The translations under genes were made by a program, and so were the position numbers. DNA of 64,000 nt from Lingula anatina (lineage: Eukaryota > Animalia > Brachiopoda), in NCBI GenBank assembly GCA_051362555.1, contig CM120640.1, positions 46,726,788-46,790,787 on the forward strand, read 5' to 3'. Under the pieces are notes generated by a model. It worked only from the letters and a program-made list of their open reading frames with translations. It searched no databases and was not told the DNA's origin. Shown here piece after piece: positions 1-13,300 of this stretch (the stretch's first letter is position 1; each line of letters begins with the position of its first letter).

Positions 1-882
1 TTGAATGGAAACATTAGCTGTTAAGCTATTCGCCGACTAGGTAAGGACAAAATACATATCTACAATAATGCAATATTGACACATGAAGTCTAGTAAGAGA
101 GTAAAAAGAAAATCTTTCTACGAAAGAGTATACAGAAACACGTGAAAAACTTTCTACAAAGAGTATACAAACACACATGAAATCTATTAAGATAGTAAAT
201 TTTAAAAAAGTTTTTTTTATGGGAAATGTGCAAAATGCTATACCTAAAATCAATTGTGAAAAACAGACAATTCTACATACAATGCTCACTGATACAGATA
301 TATAAATATAAAAATAATGTAAACATGTCGAATTATTACACAGTTTCACCAAGGAGTTATAACAGAGTCTGTTATAACTCCTTGGTTTCACTAAAAGCAT
401 ATAGGTTACACAGGCTACATCTGCATTTGGGTCCTTCCCAAAGCCTTAAAAGTGATTTAAACTCATTTGAATTGATGCTTTGCTTTAAGTCATTTGAGAG
501 ATCATTCCATATTTTTGGCCCAAGATATGACAAGGATTTTTTGCCGTATGTCACTGCGTTAAATCTGGGTATATTTAGAGTCTTTTCTCCTCTAAGGTTG
601 TAACTTGTTATTCTTTCCTGGAAAAGGTCGGAGATGTAGGAAGGTGCAAGTCCATGTATAGCTTTGTAAACCTCAAGTGCAAGCATACGTAGCCTGTTCA
701 AGTGCAGAGTGCTGAGGCCTGACATATTTAAAAGCTCGTCGTAACTGCTTGTGTGGCTGTCGTAGACAAATCTTAGATCCCTTTCCTGTATCTTTTCTAA
801 TTTTTTCATATTTCCCTTACCACAAAAGTGCCATACTAACGGACAATAATTAAAGTTTGATAATGTAAAGTGCCTGAAAATG
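1..882 (-). mobile_element. 5'-truncated non-LTR retrotransposon (L2/Crack/Daphne-like LINE): C-terminal part of ORF2 plus 3' UTR
   Basis: ORF 372-977(-) contains FNYCPLVWHFCG..KLEKIQER.LRFVY..SYDELL..LHLNRLR..YNLRG..YGKKSLSYLGPKIWN.L..W.GPKCRCSLC, typical of the RT thumb/C-terminus of CR1/L2-group LINEs. Homology stops at about 882 (5' truncation). An AT-rich 3' UTR runs off the window start. Confidence 0.8.
350..384. mobile_element. 35-bp palindromic micro-insertion (17-bp TIRs, 1-nt spacer) with 7-bp target-site duplication
   Basis: CAAGGAGTTATAACAGA-G-TCTGTTATAACTCCTTG, flanked by GTTTCAC at 343-349 and 385-391. CA...TG termini. Confidence 0.65.
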
Positions 883-931
883 GCCGCATTTTGCAACTGA
901 ACGCATTTTGCAACCGGTTGCAAAATGCGGC
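883..931. repeat. Palindromic repeat cluster at the LINE 5' junction
   Basis: Perfect 28-bp palindrome CGCATTTTGCAACCGGTTGCAAAATGCG at 902-929, plus an extra arm GCCGCATTTTGCAAC at 883-897 that pairs with 917-931. Confidence 0.7.
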
Positions 932-1991
932 TGTACACCAGTTTTATGAATCCCCAGCATTTCATTCTCCCCAACATCTATCTGGACAATTGAACCTTTC
1001 AAATCATTCAGATTTCAGACTTTCCGACCTTAAACGTTTTCATTAAGTATATATGGCAGGGGGTCTATCTTTTCAAACGAGCGAGATATTCTCAACATAT
1101 TATGTTGCATATTAAAAGAAAAATTTCAAGTCATAACATTCATGTCATAGTTACATAAGAGATACTTCTATAACAAGAATAATGGAATAGACGGTTTGTT
1201 AAAGATATTAATGTACAACTAATGTGGGGCAAAATTAAAACCTCGATCTCTGCCTAGTAGAGCTCTCTACCTACAATGGATAGACACACATTCTTGCTAC
1301 TGTGTACTAGCCAATACTATAAACCTGCGCCGTCAATCAAATCACACATGGTCAGCTTATGTCCTAGTTTAAAGGTAGGCAAAGTGTTTATTGATAGACT
1401 TTGTTTGTCTTATAGTGCCTTAGACCTGCCGTGATTAATCGTCCAAATATAGTCATTTTTTAATCGTCCTGAAATCTGAAAAATCGCAAACACTAAATGG
1501 GTAAAACAAAAAACTAGCTTTATGCTATTTATAGAATTTAATCTCACGGGTATCTACGAGAACATCTGAAAATAACAGCTTCAATAAACTCCAAATACGC
1601 TCTATCATGTGAGTGAGTAATGTTACTCCACCCCCACCCCCACCCCATTGCAAATACACGCGTCACTCAAAATCATTGTCTAGAATGAAACATCATATCG
1701 ACCTTTACGCCTAATTTCCACATCCAACCAGAACTGAAACATGTATGGATACAATGTCCCATGAAGTGGTAATATACTATGAAGTCTCCTAAGGGTCCTT
1801 ATTTTTTAACCAATGAAATCGCCTTCTATCATGAAGTAGTAATTCTTATCCTATGAAGTGGTAATACACTATGAAGTATCTTAACATATATACACTGTAT
1901 TATTCCCATTCTGTGAAAAAACTTCTTGAATGAAAGAGGCTACACTGAGGATTTAACTAGCATGTCCTCCTTTAACATTCCAACATTAAAC

Positions 1992-4900
1992 TTAAAAGAA
2001 GCTCTCGATATATCTGACTGATAACAAAAGCAGTGCAGTCAGTGTGATAATGGGTATCGTCGATGTTGAACCTCCACTAGCAACAACGGGTCGGGAAATG
2101 TTAATGTGGCGGCTGGTCCGTCCATTGCTAGACCTATATTGAAAAGAAATTAACTTATGTTAGTTGATAAAATATTGCAATGTTGCATGAAAATTTTTCA
2201 GAAGTGGACAGGGGAATAAGAACAGTGTGAGTGCCACGAGCTACGTAGAGCGGTAAAGACATTTGTTAATCTTCAACTTTTGATAGTAACCACGGAACGC
2301 ATACATATAGCTTTTCACACGAGTTGGAATTTTCACGTTTGTCTGTATTCTCGAGGGTTTTTAAGTTTAGAACTCTTGCAACTTTGCACATCATTGACAG
2401 TTTTTAACGTACGCGGTGTCTGAATTACAAAAAGTGTCATCGTATAGAAAAACTATTCATTTGTTTATCTATTTAATCATTTAGCTAACATTGACAATTT
2501 ACATTTTAGTCAACTTGTTAAACTAACCTTGTTCTCAGCATGGCTTTAGGTTTGGCGTCGCTTTCCCCGTCTGTGTTTAAATCTGCCCAAGTGTTCCCAC
2601 TGTTGTCAGAAAACTGCACGGTCAACCCGGGGAAAGCAACATTGGCTTGCAGAGTGTTGCCATTATATCTAAATAAGTCAGATAATTATAATTAATTTTA
2701 ATTAGACGCCAGGCCTGTAGGCAGCAGTTTCAAAGGGGGGGGGGTATGAAAAAGTGGACCTGCGTGTATTCATAGGACCTACAATAATGTAGGTCAAATG
2801 TGGATTCAGTCCGCGCATTTTCAGACCAAATGGGCGGTTACCCCGGAGCCCTCTCCCCCAGCTTTGAGAACTGGATGTAAAATATCCAAAATGATATATG
2901 ATCATTATGTTGTAAAATATATTGAAAGACAGTTTGTAATCTTTGGCCAAATGTATGCGATAAAATATGGCGAAGATATACTTCATGATATGATAAATTT
3001 CTTCACTTTATCTTCAGATGGTGTCAATGATCGTTTCATTTTCGTGCAACGCTCAATGTAAATTCAGTTTACATACGTTATGAATAATTTTGAATAATTT
3101 TAAAGCAATTTAACTGTCTACACCATTGTACTTACTTGGCGCCGGGACACGGCAGGTAATAAGACACGCCCATTTTGTCTAGGCGTGGCAGTTCCTTATA
3201 GCCTAAAAGATTAGCAAATCTCTCCCAGTCTTTCTTTCTCTGTTTTTCCCTCTCCACTTTGTTTGTAATATCCTCCCAGCTTGCCTTGTGCCACGCTCTT
3301 TCAGCTACGGCCAACAACCGAGGATAGACATTGAAATCAAATTGTTCGCCAGTGCGCATTGTTTCACTCCACAGTTGCCCTTGTATACCTGTGAATGATA
3401 TATAATCGCATATTAAATACTGTTTGCTTTATCTTAAAATGTAAATAAATAAATGAAAAACACGACGCTGACGTGTACTTTATTTTTTTTCTATAATATC
3501 TCTTATAATGATGTATTATATACTCTACTTCTTGCATACTTTTATTTCCATTTAGTTCCTCTCTTAGAGCTTAGACTTACGACTCACTATAAACGGATGA
3601 TTTTTTAGTAAATATATTTATATTTACCTATGATATTTTCTGGTTTCTCTAAAGGCACGCACCGCGTTGAGTCCTTACAAAACTCCTCTTCAGTCAAAGG
3701 CTCGCCAGATCGTTCGTAGTCTACATTGGCAAAGAGGTTGTCCGGCATGAACCCAAACGTCTTTCCGGTATCGGTGAACCTAGGCCCCCAGTAATACCCC
3801 CTCTCCAAAGGATCTGGTTCTTGAGGGTGATCGAAATACAAGTGTGTGACCTGGGACATCACTACCTACAAGCAACAAAGATGTGCATTTACTTTTGGAG
3901 AACTTTCCAGACACAATTCGGTTGATGTATTTGAACTGGAGGAACAAATAAATTTTGCCTCTCTCTCTCTCTTGTCTACTTTTGTACGCTCATTTTACAT
4001 GACAATATAAATTTGTCCACAGCATTCATTTTTGAACGGTATCTTACCTTATATCCCGCATTTGCCAGGTCATACGCACGCCTCGCGGTTCCCCATTCCC
4101 AGACGTTTTGCCAAGCATTGCCGTAGATTTGATCACTTTCTAGTTCTGTACGGTTGAAAGGAATGCCTTTTTCGCCTAAAAGCCCATCTTCCCACGCAGC
4201 GAGGCCAACGCCAAGTGTCTCTGAAAAAGAACAGTTAAGCAAAAACCTTATTTTACTTTCTGACTTTTTTTACTCTTTTGACTTGAAGTTTTGATATTAT
4301 ATGTCTTCTTTTTCAATGATGACTTACATACCGATACATAAATCTTTTGGCAATGAATATATAAAGAATAATAAATGCACTGTGTGATGATACTTTCAAA
4401 CGTTACATCCTAATAACGTTATTAGTTCTGACCTGTTATATTGGATACTTTCTTCAAGAACAGTTCCATTAAGTGTTCCTTTATACTAGCACTTGTGGCA
4501 TTGACAGACGGAAAATAATTTCGGCAAACCGTAGAGTTTATCCATATCCCATCTGGAACTTCATCACCGCCATAATGAAACCACTTCAATGGCTGAATGT
4601 CCCGATGCATGTCTATTAGCGCCGATACAACATGTTCTACAAATCTATAGGACGACTCTTGACAGGGGTTCAAAGCATTGTCATCAAAATATTGAACTGA
4701 GAGATATGTAGAAGTATCATTTGGTTCGGATAATAAGTACTGATCTGCTACTGAATCCGGTTCTCCTTTTTCCTTGAGATTAGCGCTTCTTGCCTTCATG
4801 GCGATAATGGCTGCGTGTGAATGGCCAGGAGTGTCTACCTCTGGAATGACTTCTATGTGTCTGTCGTTTGCGAATCGAAGTATTTCTTTATAATCATCGA

Positions 4901-7900
4901 CAGTGAAGTATCCGCTTCCAAGTCCTACTCCGTTTGGCAATGATCCTAGTTGGGATACGACACAGGTTTTTTCCGTTACATCATGACACCGCTTGGAACC
5001 AACCTGTAACGATTAAATATCATAATGCGACAAGAAGGTGGTTATATCTTTATGGCAATTGCTTCTCACCAATTGTATGATTTGAAATCACAGCACATCT
5101 TTTTCATATGATACCGCTTTTCCACCCCAACAAAGAATGGATAGGCATTTTGAAACGCACACAATCAGAGCGTTTTTAATGTCGCATTTTTTTTTTCAAA
5201 TTAAACGTGGGTTTAAGCGAGCCCAGCCTGAACCTGTAGGAAAAGTGTTAGCAGTACTTACTGATGTCAACTCCTCTAATCCAGGTATTTCCAATCTCCA
5301 CCCTTCGTCGTCTGATAGATGAAAATGGAACTTATTCAATTTATACGACGCCATTACTTTTAGCAGCTTCAAAATATCTTCCTTCGTCCTGAAATTCCTA
5401 GCAACATCCACGTACATTCCTCGGAATGCATATCTTGGGGCGTCCTTCACTGCTATTTTAGGTAGTTTATTGTCCGGTGTTATCAAGCTTAGCAATGTCT
5501 GTATGCCATAGAAAATTCCGGGAGCGGACGCTGATTGGATTTCTACATTTTTATTGCTATCGCTTATAGCAATGCTGTATGCCTCTGTGCTGGAACCCAA
5601 GCCATCTACTTGCACGTTTCCTTCTCTTAAAATTATGGCTTTCTGTTGCGGCCCTGGGTCAGAGTCCACCACAGTCAGAGGTAAAGAATCTTAAAAATGA
5701 ATTAAGAAGGTTAAATATAATAAATGCGTTATTGGAAATATTTTCTCAAGTTTGATAATTGACAGCAAAACATTACTGAACCCGTTTTTCAATACCCAAT
5801 ATTTCATTTCTTTATAGGCTTCATAATGTATAAAATGGCTTGGGTTGGTTCTCATTTGATACACAGCCGACGCAAAAATTAAAGTTAAGATATTAAAAAA
5901 GAAAATGTCATACCAGTCAAACTCCATGTCTCGTTGATAAACCTTGGCTCAGCATACAACATCCAGTCCCCACTTCCCAAATCCAACATGGTATTTGAGT
6001 CAACCGTCATCTCCACAGGTTTTGGAATCACTTCCATCGGACTCTTCCCGAGGTTTGATATGTCGTTCAGTTTGTATCGCTTTTCAGGGGTGTAAGGGTC
6101 GTAATAATCCTTCAGGTCCTCGTAGTAATATCGCTTCCATTTCACGGATGAATCCAACGGGCTGACAAAGTTGAGGCTTTCACCCGAAGTACTTTGTATG
6201 ACCCGAGGACTTAGAGATGAATTCGAACTCGCTACGTACCTGAAACCGGCATTTAATCAACATTCACAAAGGTGTATTCAGATTGTACTTTGTCTGCGCA
6301 GTTGTACATGTATAACTGGGAATTGAAATACATTTTAAAGTTGTGATCATTTCATTTAAACGTTTGTTTACAGTCAAATGAAAGGTAATGTTTCTACTGA
6401 TATTGCATATCATTTATTGAGACCAGTGAATACGAAAATCTTTCTACCGATTTATATCCACATATGTTTCATCTGTCATTATATTATTCGATAAATATTG
6501 TTCGATAAATATCATTCGATAAATATGTATGAAATCATTAAGAAATATTCCCCGATAAAAAGTAGTGTAAAATAACTTTTTCATCAAAAGTTTCTTTTGT
6601 CACATTGTTTTTTACCTTACCAGTTTGGCATTACATCTGTCACGGCAACTGTCCAGTATTGTCCCTTGAACTTTATGTCATGTCGTTGTCCACCTGATAA
6701 AGTTTTAAAACCGTCATCTGGCTGCAACTTGAAAAGACAACCCTTAATGTGGTAAATCCTTATTCCAGCTGTTTTATAAGCTAGACCATCTGGGTACGGT
6801 AAGTTCTCTGGCTCTATAAGTCTAATGTGACAAAAGTATATGGCCCAGTCGCCTTTCTCAATCGCTTCTAAACCTTTATTCGTCAGTAAAATCTGCGCGT
6901 CGTAAGTCTTCCACGTATCTACGGTGTTGTCTATAACGTCATAGCGGATTTCCAGGTTTTCACCAATGTAATCTAATGTTTGTTGCGTCTGGCCTAAAAC
7001 TGGATTTAAAGAAGAAATGACAAATTAATAAATACTTCTTGCTATTTGCAAAATTATAGAATAAAGCAAAACGGCCATTTACGGACACTAATGAACATAA
7101 CGGTATTTTCTAACGATTAAATGGGAATTAAGTCTGCTTTTGATTTACTTGATTGTTTCACGAGATATAAAATCACCGTCCGTATTAAGATAAACCGTGT
7201 AATGTTATCTGCGATGGCTGTCGTTATTACCATTACCAGATCACAATAACAATGATTACTGAAGTGGTGACATTAACGTACTCGCTGCTTCAAATGATAC
7301 ACTCTCTTATAGTAAGATCTCTCTAATATATTTTTTTTATCTGCGTAGCCTTGTTTGTCACAATCATGCTTACGAATATATAGTCAGAGTACGAGAAGAG
7401 ACCAGGTATGTACACGTGTGTTATCAAGATACTTTGAAAGTTTGTGTACACTATGTTCCTTAATTAAAAAGTGTCCTGAAGATTTATCCCCCAATAACAC
7501 TATAGCTTTGGAGACCGGCTTAGTCGCCGCTCTGTTTTTCTGAATTGAAATTATTTGCTAGCGTGGCATCAGAGCAACGCCGTTAGTGGCTTTGGACACG
7601 TAGGGTTAACACGCGGTACAAACAATGAACTTTAAGCAGCATTAAGGCAAATAACTTTAGATAAATTGCATGACCTGGATATATGATTAAGTTGTAATTG
7701 CTATTTAATCTTAAAGGCGGGTCCATGGCCTGCTTTATTTCACAAACAGTCCTATTTCTTAAACATTCCAGTGGTCATTGAATGATATTGAAATGATATA
7801 TACCTGTAGATTTTTGAAAGTTAACATTTAAGTGCGCTACTATCAGAATTTTCGCTCTCCGCAATTGATCTCGGGTCCTATATCCTCTCACCGGGCTATA

Positions 7901-9492
7901 TTCTTCGAATTACACAAGAGACTGTGTTCTACTTGTTTAATTTACCCCCTCCCCCTTATTAAGACTTTTGAATATTTGCCACTCAGAAGGTCGTACTCCA
8001 TGCAGGAATTTAATCATGTTGTCGCTGTCTCAAAAGCGTGCTCGTCAATATTTATAACGCCTTGGCAAATTAAGTGTACAAGTACCCATAAAATGATATG
8101 ACGGTTAATGGGTGATACTTTTAATCTACGCAGGGAAATTAAAGTAATAAAATATACAGAGTAATATACAAAGTAGAAAACGAGAATGGTTATTGGAAAT
8201 TGGACAGTTTGAACGGGTAGATAATTGGGCTAACTCTAAGATATGGGATTTTCAAACTTTCATAATGAAATCAGCATGTCAGTCATTTGAAGACACGGGG
8301 GGCATTTTTCTTTAGTTTTGTAGCAAATCTAATTGCAGGAAAAAATGAAGACTTTCTACGCATAAAACATTTAATCTCACATGTTGTAAATTCGAAATTT
8401 CTGGACAGAGATGTAAATTTCAAAGAAACGGGTTAGAAAGGGGTTACAGGAGATTTGAATGAATGAATAAGTTGAAGTCAGCCTGGACATTTTAATTAAA
8501 AGGGTGAAGGCATCGAAAAATCTGGTTCAACAAACGTGAGGTCCTGGCAATAGGTTTAACTCGCTCAGACCATTAGGCCCCTAACCTTTGTTTGTCTGGA
8601 CCAATAATTAAGTACCAATGCTCAGGTTTATATGTATATTTTTATTAATGCTGAATGAAACTAACTGGACCAAACGAGCATACCTCATCATTTGTTTGTT
8701 TGTTTGTTTTATATTATTGACATTGAGGTTTAAAAAAGTTTTGACCTATATCTACATTCCCGTAGTGACCGATTATAATGAAAGTGAATGTTTCGCTGAA
8801 CTGGAAGAATGTAGAAGAAAAGCATTCAGAAGATAACAGGCGAAAACCTTACCAATATGAGTTTTGTTTAGACTGATAGTTTCATCATTAGGATAAATGA
8901 CCTTGAAAAAACAAACAAACAAACAAAAAGACAGTGGAGATTAAGACGAACCATACGAGAATATTAAAAATCTCCAAAACTACCAGTGCATTTGCCCTGC
9001 CATGTCCTTACTTTTCAATTCAACCACCCATTTGAGCAAAAGAAGTGAAAATTGTTTTCCTTTGTATGCAAAAGTTAATCTAAACAAACACCATGAAACT
9101 GAACAGCCAGTGGAAGTTCAAGGAAAATCCAAAACAGAAACATTCCGTTAATATCAGATAAATCAAGGCCTTTACCTCGGATAGCTGAATGACTTTATCG
9201 CAGTTTGTCTACCTCTTGCAAAAACTTTTATTGACAGAGTATCGAATGACGTCCCCAATTTATTTTAAATCTATAAGTCTTAAAGCGTTAAAGAAAGAAT
9301 GCTTAGCTTGTCCTATTTCTTGTAAAACAACACAGCTTCGCACTTTGTATTCCGACGCGGAAGTTTTTTGATACGTCTCTTTAGTAAACTATACATGAGT
9401 ATTTTCGTCTTACCTGTGTTATTTAATATGCAGACCAAAAACAATGCCACTAAGACGTAACTTAAGGGCGTTTCTCCCCAAGATCTTGCCAT
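1992..9492 (-). CDS. GH20 beta-N-acetylhexosaminidase / chitobiase-like protein, copy A (909 aa; signal peptide, CHB_HEX, GH20b, GH20 catalytic and CHB_HEX_C domains, GPI-like tail)
   Basis: Ten exons with GT-AG boundaries and consistent phase: 9492-9414, 6999-6621, 6239-5914, 5689-5262, 5003-4433, 4220-4048, 3865-3628, 3388-3136, 2668-2528, 2133-1992 (2730 nt). Motifs: DAPRYAFRGMYVDVARNF, KLNKFHFHLSDDEGWRLEIPGLEELT, EVIPEVDTPGH, catalytic HYGGDEV, HLYFDHPQEPDP.ERGYYW, GIQGQLWSET, YPRLLAVAERAW. N-terminus MARSWGETPLSYVLVALFLVCILNNT. Confidence 0.92.
2710..2876. mobile_element. Possible degenerate hAT-like MITE in intron 8 of chitobiase copy A
   Basis: GC-rich island starting CAGGCCTGTAG followed by a G-run and ending in C-runs ...CTG. 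It is absent from the equivalent intron of copy B. The TIR is degenerate and no TSD was resolved. Confidence 0.3.
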
Positions 9493-9548
9493 TTTTCTGC
9501 CAAGGCCCTATCGTTTCTTCTGTTTATGATTCCCGTGCTGACGCCTCA

Positions 9549-9554
9549 TTTATA
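9549..9554 (-). promoter_or_regulatory. Candidate TATA box of chitobiase copy A
   Basis: TATAAA on the minus strand about 57 bp upstream of the ATG (9492). Copy B has TTTAAA at a similar position (~17352). GATA motifs lie nearby. Confidence 0.3.
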
Positions 9555-10396
9555 TGATAAGGTCAAGAAGCTTGCTTATCTTGTTGTCAGGGTGCGAGTA
9601 TAGTGTATCGTTTGCTTAGCTAACTAATAGGCCTACTGATAAAAAGTATAGCTAATATGATTTACATGATTAAATAATAGTGTTCACCAATGTGAACAGC
9701 ATTTTAAATGGACCACTTTAAAAATGCGGAATCAGGTTTTGATAATGTTTATCGCTTGGACCACATTGTTTATTTTTACACCACCTCTCTGATGATTGAT
9801 AATATTTGATCTACTTATTTTTAGAAAATCAAAAGAATGAAAGAAATATGAAAAATTACACCCATGGTCGCACCCATTAGATAAATTAGTTGTGATTTAA
9901 AAAAATAAAGGATAAACCTTCTTTTTTCAACTCGGTTTTCCTTACTTATAGGTTAATGGTGGAAGTCTGTCAACAGTATGATTGCAGCAGTAATAGTGAT
10001 TCAACTCACTCAATAAAGTAATTTTCAGATTTTAATCTCAGATTTAATTACGAAATAAAAAATATGGCACCAATTGCCTCTGGTATGAATCCCAACTATC
10101 GCAGCAAAGGCATCGTCAGTCAATAGGTGTTGGTTGCTCCGCTACAATTATCATTTAAAACTTTATTTTCTCATATCAAGGAAATGAGTCTCTTCCTTGG
10201 TTCTCTGCAAAACACAGTCGATGGTGAATGGCATCAGACGCAAGCCTAAAGGCCAGACATCAGATCCGTCTGCCTAATGGGTGTGTTATAAAGATTCCCT
10301 GTAAAATTCTCAGGTATTTTTGAACATAAATCCATTTCCACCGTAGCTGCAACGACACGAGTTATCCAGTTTGTATTGGCAATGATCACAATGTTC

Positions 10397-13300
10397 TTAA
10401 AATAATTCCCTGACACGACATACTGATAATAAAAGCAGTGCCGCCAGTGTGATTATGGATATCGGCGATGTTGAACCTTCACTAGCAACAACGGGTCGAG
10501 AAATGTTAATGTGGCGGCTGGTACGTCCACTGCTAGACCTGGAGTGATTGGAAAAATGACTCATATTAAGTGAAAAAGTAACGAAGAGAGATGGAGGAGA
10601 TGGCTGGACCTGTTAAAGCTGGGTTTTAAGTAAAATGGTAGCAATATTGAATTGAACGTTTTGCTTTCCGCATGTGTGCCGACACAGTTGTAGGAAATAG
10701 CAAGAAAATTACAGTAATCTGTATTTCACGATTCAAAGCATTGTCTTAACTTACTTTGTTCTCAGCATGACCTTAGGTTTGGCGTCGCTTTTAGCGTCTG
10801 TGCTTAAATCTGCCCAAGTCTTCGCACTGTCGTCAGAAATCTGCACGGTCAACCCGGAAAAAGCAACATTTGCTTGCAGAGTGCTGCCATTATATCTATA
10901 AAAAAAGGCAATTATTAAAAATAACTTTTAAATTGATGCAAAATACATTTATAAGAAGGGAATAAGACATGATACAATTAAGATATGTAAAATGATAAAT
11001 CACTTGCTGAATTTATATTAAATTATGCACTTAACCAACAGCATTCATGCCTCAGAATAGTCTCAGAGTTTCTTTTATTGATTTGGACGCTGTATGGGAA
11101 GATTATAGACAGTGGGTTAGGTTTTCATATAAGATTAATCAGCACATTTTCAGTTTTAATGAAAATATCCGCAAAACAATTTTTATTGTTGTTGAAGTAA
11201 ATTGTCTACACCATTGTGCTTACTTGGCCCCGGGACACGGCAGGTAATAAGACACGCCCATTTTGTCTAGGCGTGGCAGTTCCTTATAGCCTAAAAGATT
11301 AGCAAATCTCTCCCAGTCTTTCTTTCTCTGTTTTTCCCTCTCCACTTTGTTTGTAATATCCTCCCAGCTTGCCTTGTGCCACGCTCTTTCAGCTAGGGCC
11401 AACAACCGAGGGTAGACATTGAAATCGAATTGTTCGCCACTGCGCATTGTTTCACTCCATAGTTGCCCTTGTATACCTGTGAACGACATGAAATACGATA
11501 TAAAATGCTGCATATATTTTTTATTCAAATAAAAAATGTAGAATAGAAATAGCATATTTCTGGTGAAAATATGCCTGTATAATTATCCTATTATCTTTTC
11601 TATATTATTATTATTTGAAATGGTGTATTCTGTTACCTAATTTTTTTTGAATATTAAAATTCCTCTTTTTAGGTAGCTTAAACTCGTCTTCCTATAAATG
11701 GATGAATTGCTAGCTTGCATTTATATTTACCTATTATATTTTCTGGTTTCTCTAAAGGCACGCACTGCGTTGAGTCCTTACAAAACTCCTCTTCAGTCAA
11801 AGGCTCGCCAGACCGTTTGTAGTCTACATTGGCAAAGAGGTTGTCAGGCATGAACCCAAACGTCTTTCTGGTATCGGTGAACCTAGGCCCCCAGTAATAT
11901 CCCCTCTCCAAAGGATCTGGTTCTTGAGGGTGATCGAAATACAAGTGTGTGACCTGGGACATCACTACCTACAAGCAACAATCGAATATGGCAGTGGGTT
12001 TTACCTAAGAGATCTTGCCACAATCCCTTGGCTGTGTTTGAGCTGGTAGAAAAAAATATATTTCTCTCTCTCTCTCTCTTCTGTCATTGTCCAATTGCAC
12101 TTTGGTACAGTCATTTAATAGCGTCCAACAGTAGCGTAAGCACTTTAAGAGCTATGATATCAATGTTCACAAAGCAAAGGTAAGAAAATACAACAAACAA
12201 GAAGTCATCATTGAACGGTATCTTACCTTATATCCCGCATTTGCCAGGTCATACGCACGTCTCGCGCCTCCCCATTCCCAGACGTTTTGCCAAGCATTAC
12301 TGTAAATTTGGCTGCTTTCAAGTTCAAAACGGTTGAAAGGAATGCCTTTTTCGCCTAAGAGCCCATCTTCCCACGCAGCGAGGCCAACGCCAAGCTTCTC
12401 TGTATTAAGAAGAAACGACAATATTGCCAGAACGTTAACTAAAGTCTTAAAAACTTAATCAATTTACTTATTTGGTGTTCAAGGTCTATTAGGATTCCCG
12501 TAGTTATGACATACCTTATTTATCGTTGTTAATTTACAGACCAATAATTTATATAAATTGTTCACACATAAAGATATTAAGGGAACAGCAAATACTCTGT
12601 AAGGTGACACTTTGATATAGTATATCCTAAAAGTTTTTGACCTGTTATATTGGATACTTTCTTCAAGAACAGTTCCATCAAGTGTTCTTTTACACTAGCG
12701 CCTGTTGCATTGACAGACGGAAAGTAATTTCGGCAAATCGTAGAATTTATCCATATCCCATCTGGAACTTCATCACCGCCATAATGAAACCACTTCAATG
12801 GCTGAATATCCCGATGCATGTCTATTAGCGCCGATACAACATGTTCTACAAATCTATAGGAAGACTCTTGACAGGGGTTCAGTGCATTGTCATCAAAATA
12901 TTGAACTGAGAGATATGTAGAAGTATCATTTGGTTCGGATAATAAGTACTGATCTGCTATTGAATCCGGTTCCCCTTTTTCTTTGAGATTGGCACTTCTT
13001 GCCTTCATGGCGATAATGGCTGCGTGTAAATGGCCAGGAGTGTCTACCTCTGGAATGACTTCTATGTGTCTGTCGTTTGCGAAGTGGAGTATTTCTTTAT
13101 AATCATTGACTGTGTAATATCCGCTTCCAAGCCCCTCTCCGTTTGGCAATGATCCCAGTTGGGATACGACACAGGTTTTTTCCGTCACATCATGACATCG
13201 TTTGGAACCAACCTGCAACGATTGAATATCATGATGCCACCAAACGGCGGTTATACCATTATGGTAACTGCTGCTGAATTTCTCATCAATTTTGGTTGAT

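Noticed and set aside
26-603. ORFs 26-400(-) and 226-603(+)
   Set aside because: These are shadow frames over the LINE fragment. Their shared PRSYNR..YNSLV peptide is a by-product of the palindrome.
1760-1880. Repeated ATGAAGT(G/A)GTAAT units resembling a short spaced array
   Set aside because: Few, short and irregularly spaced units in a eukaryotic 3' UTR with no cas genes. Not CRISPR.
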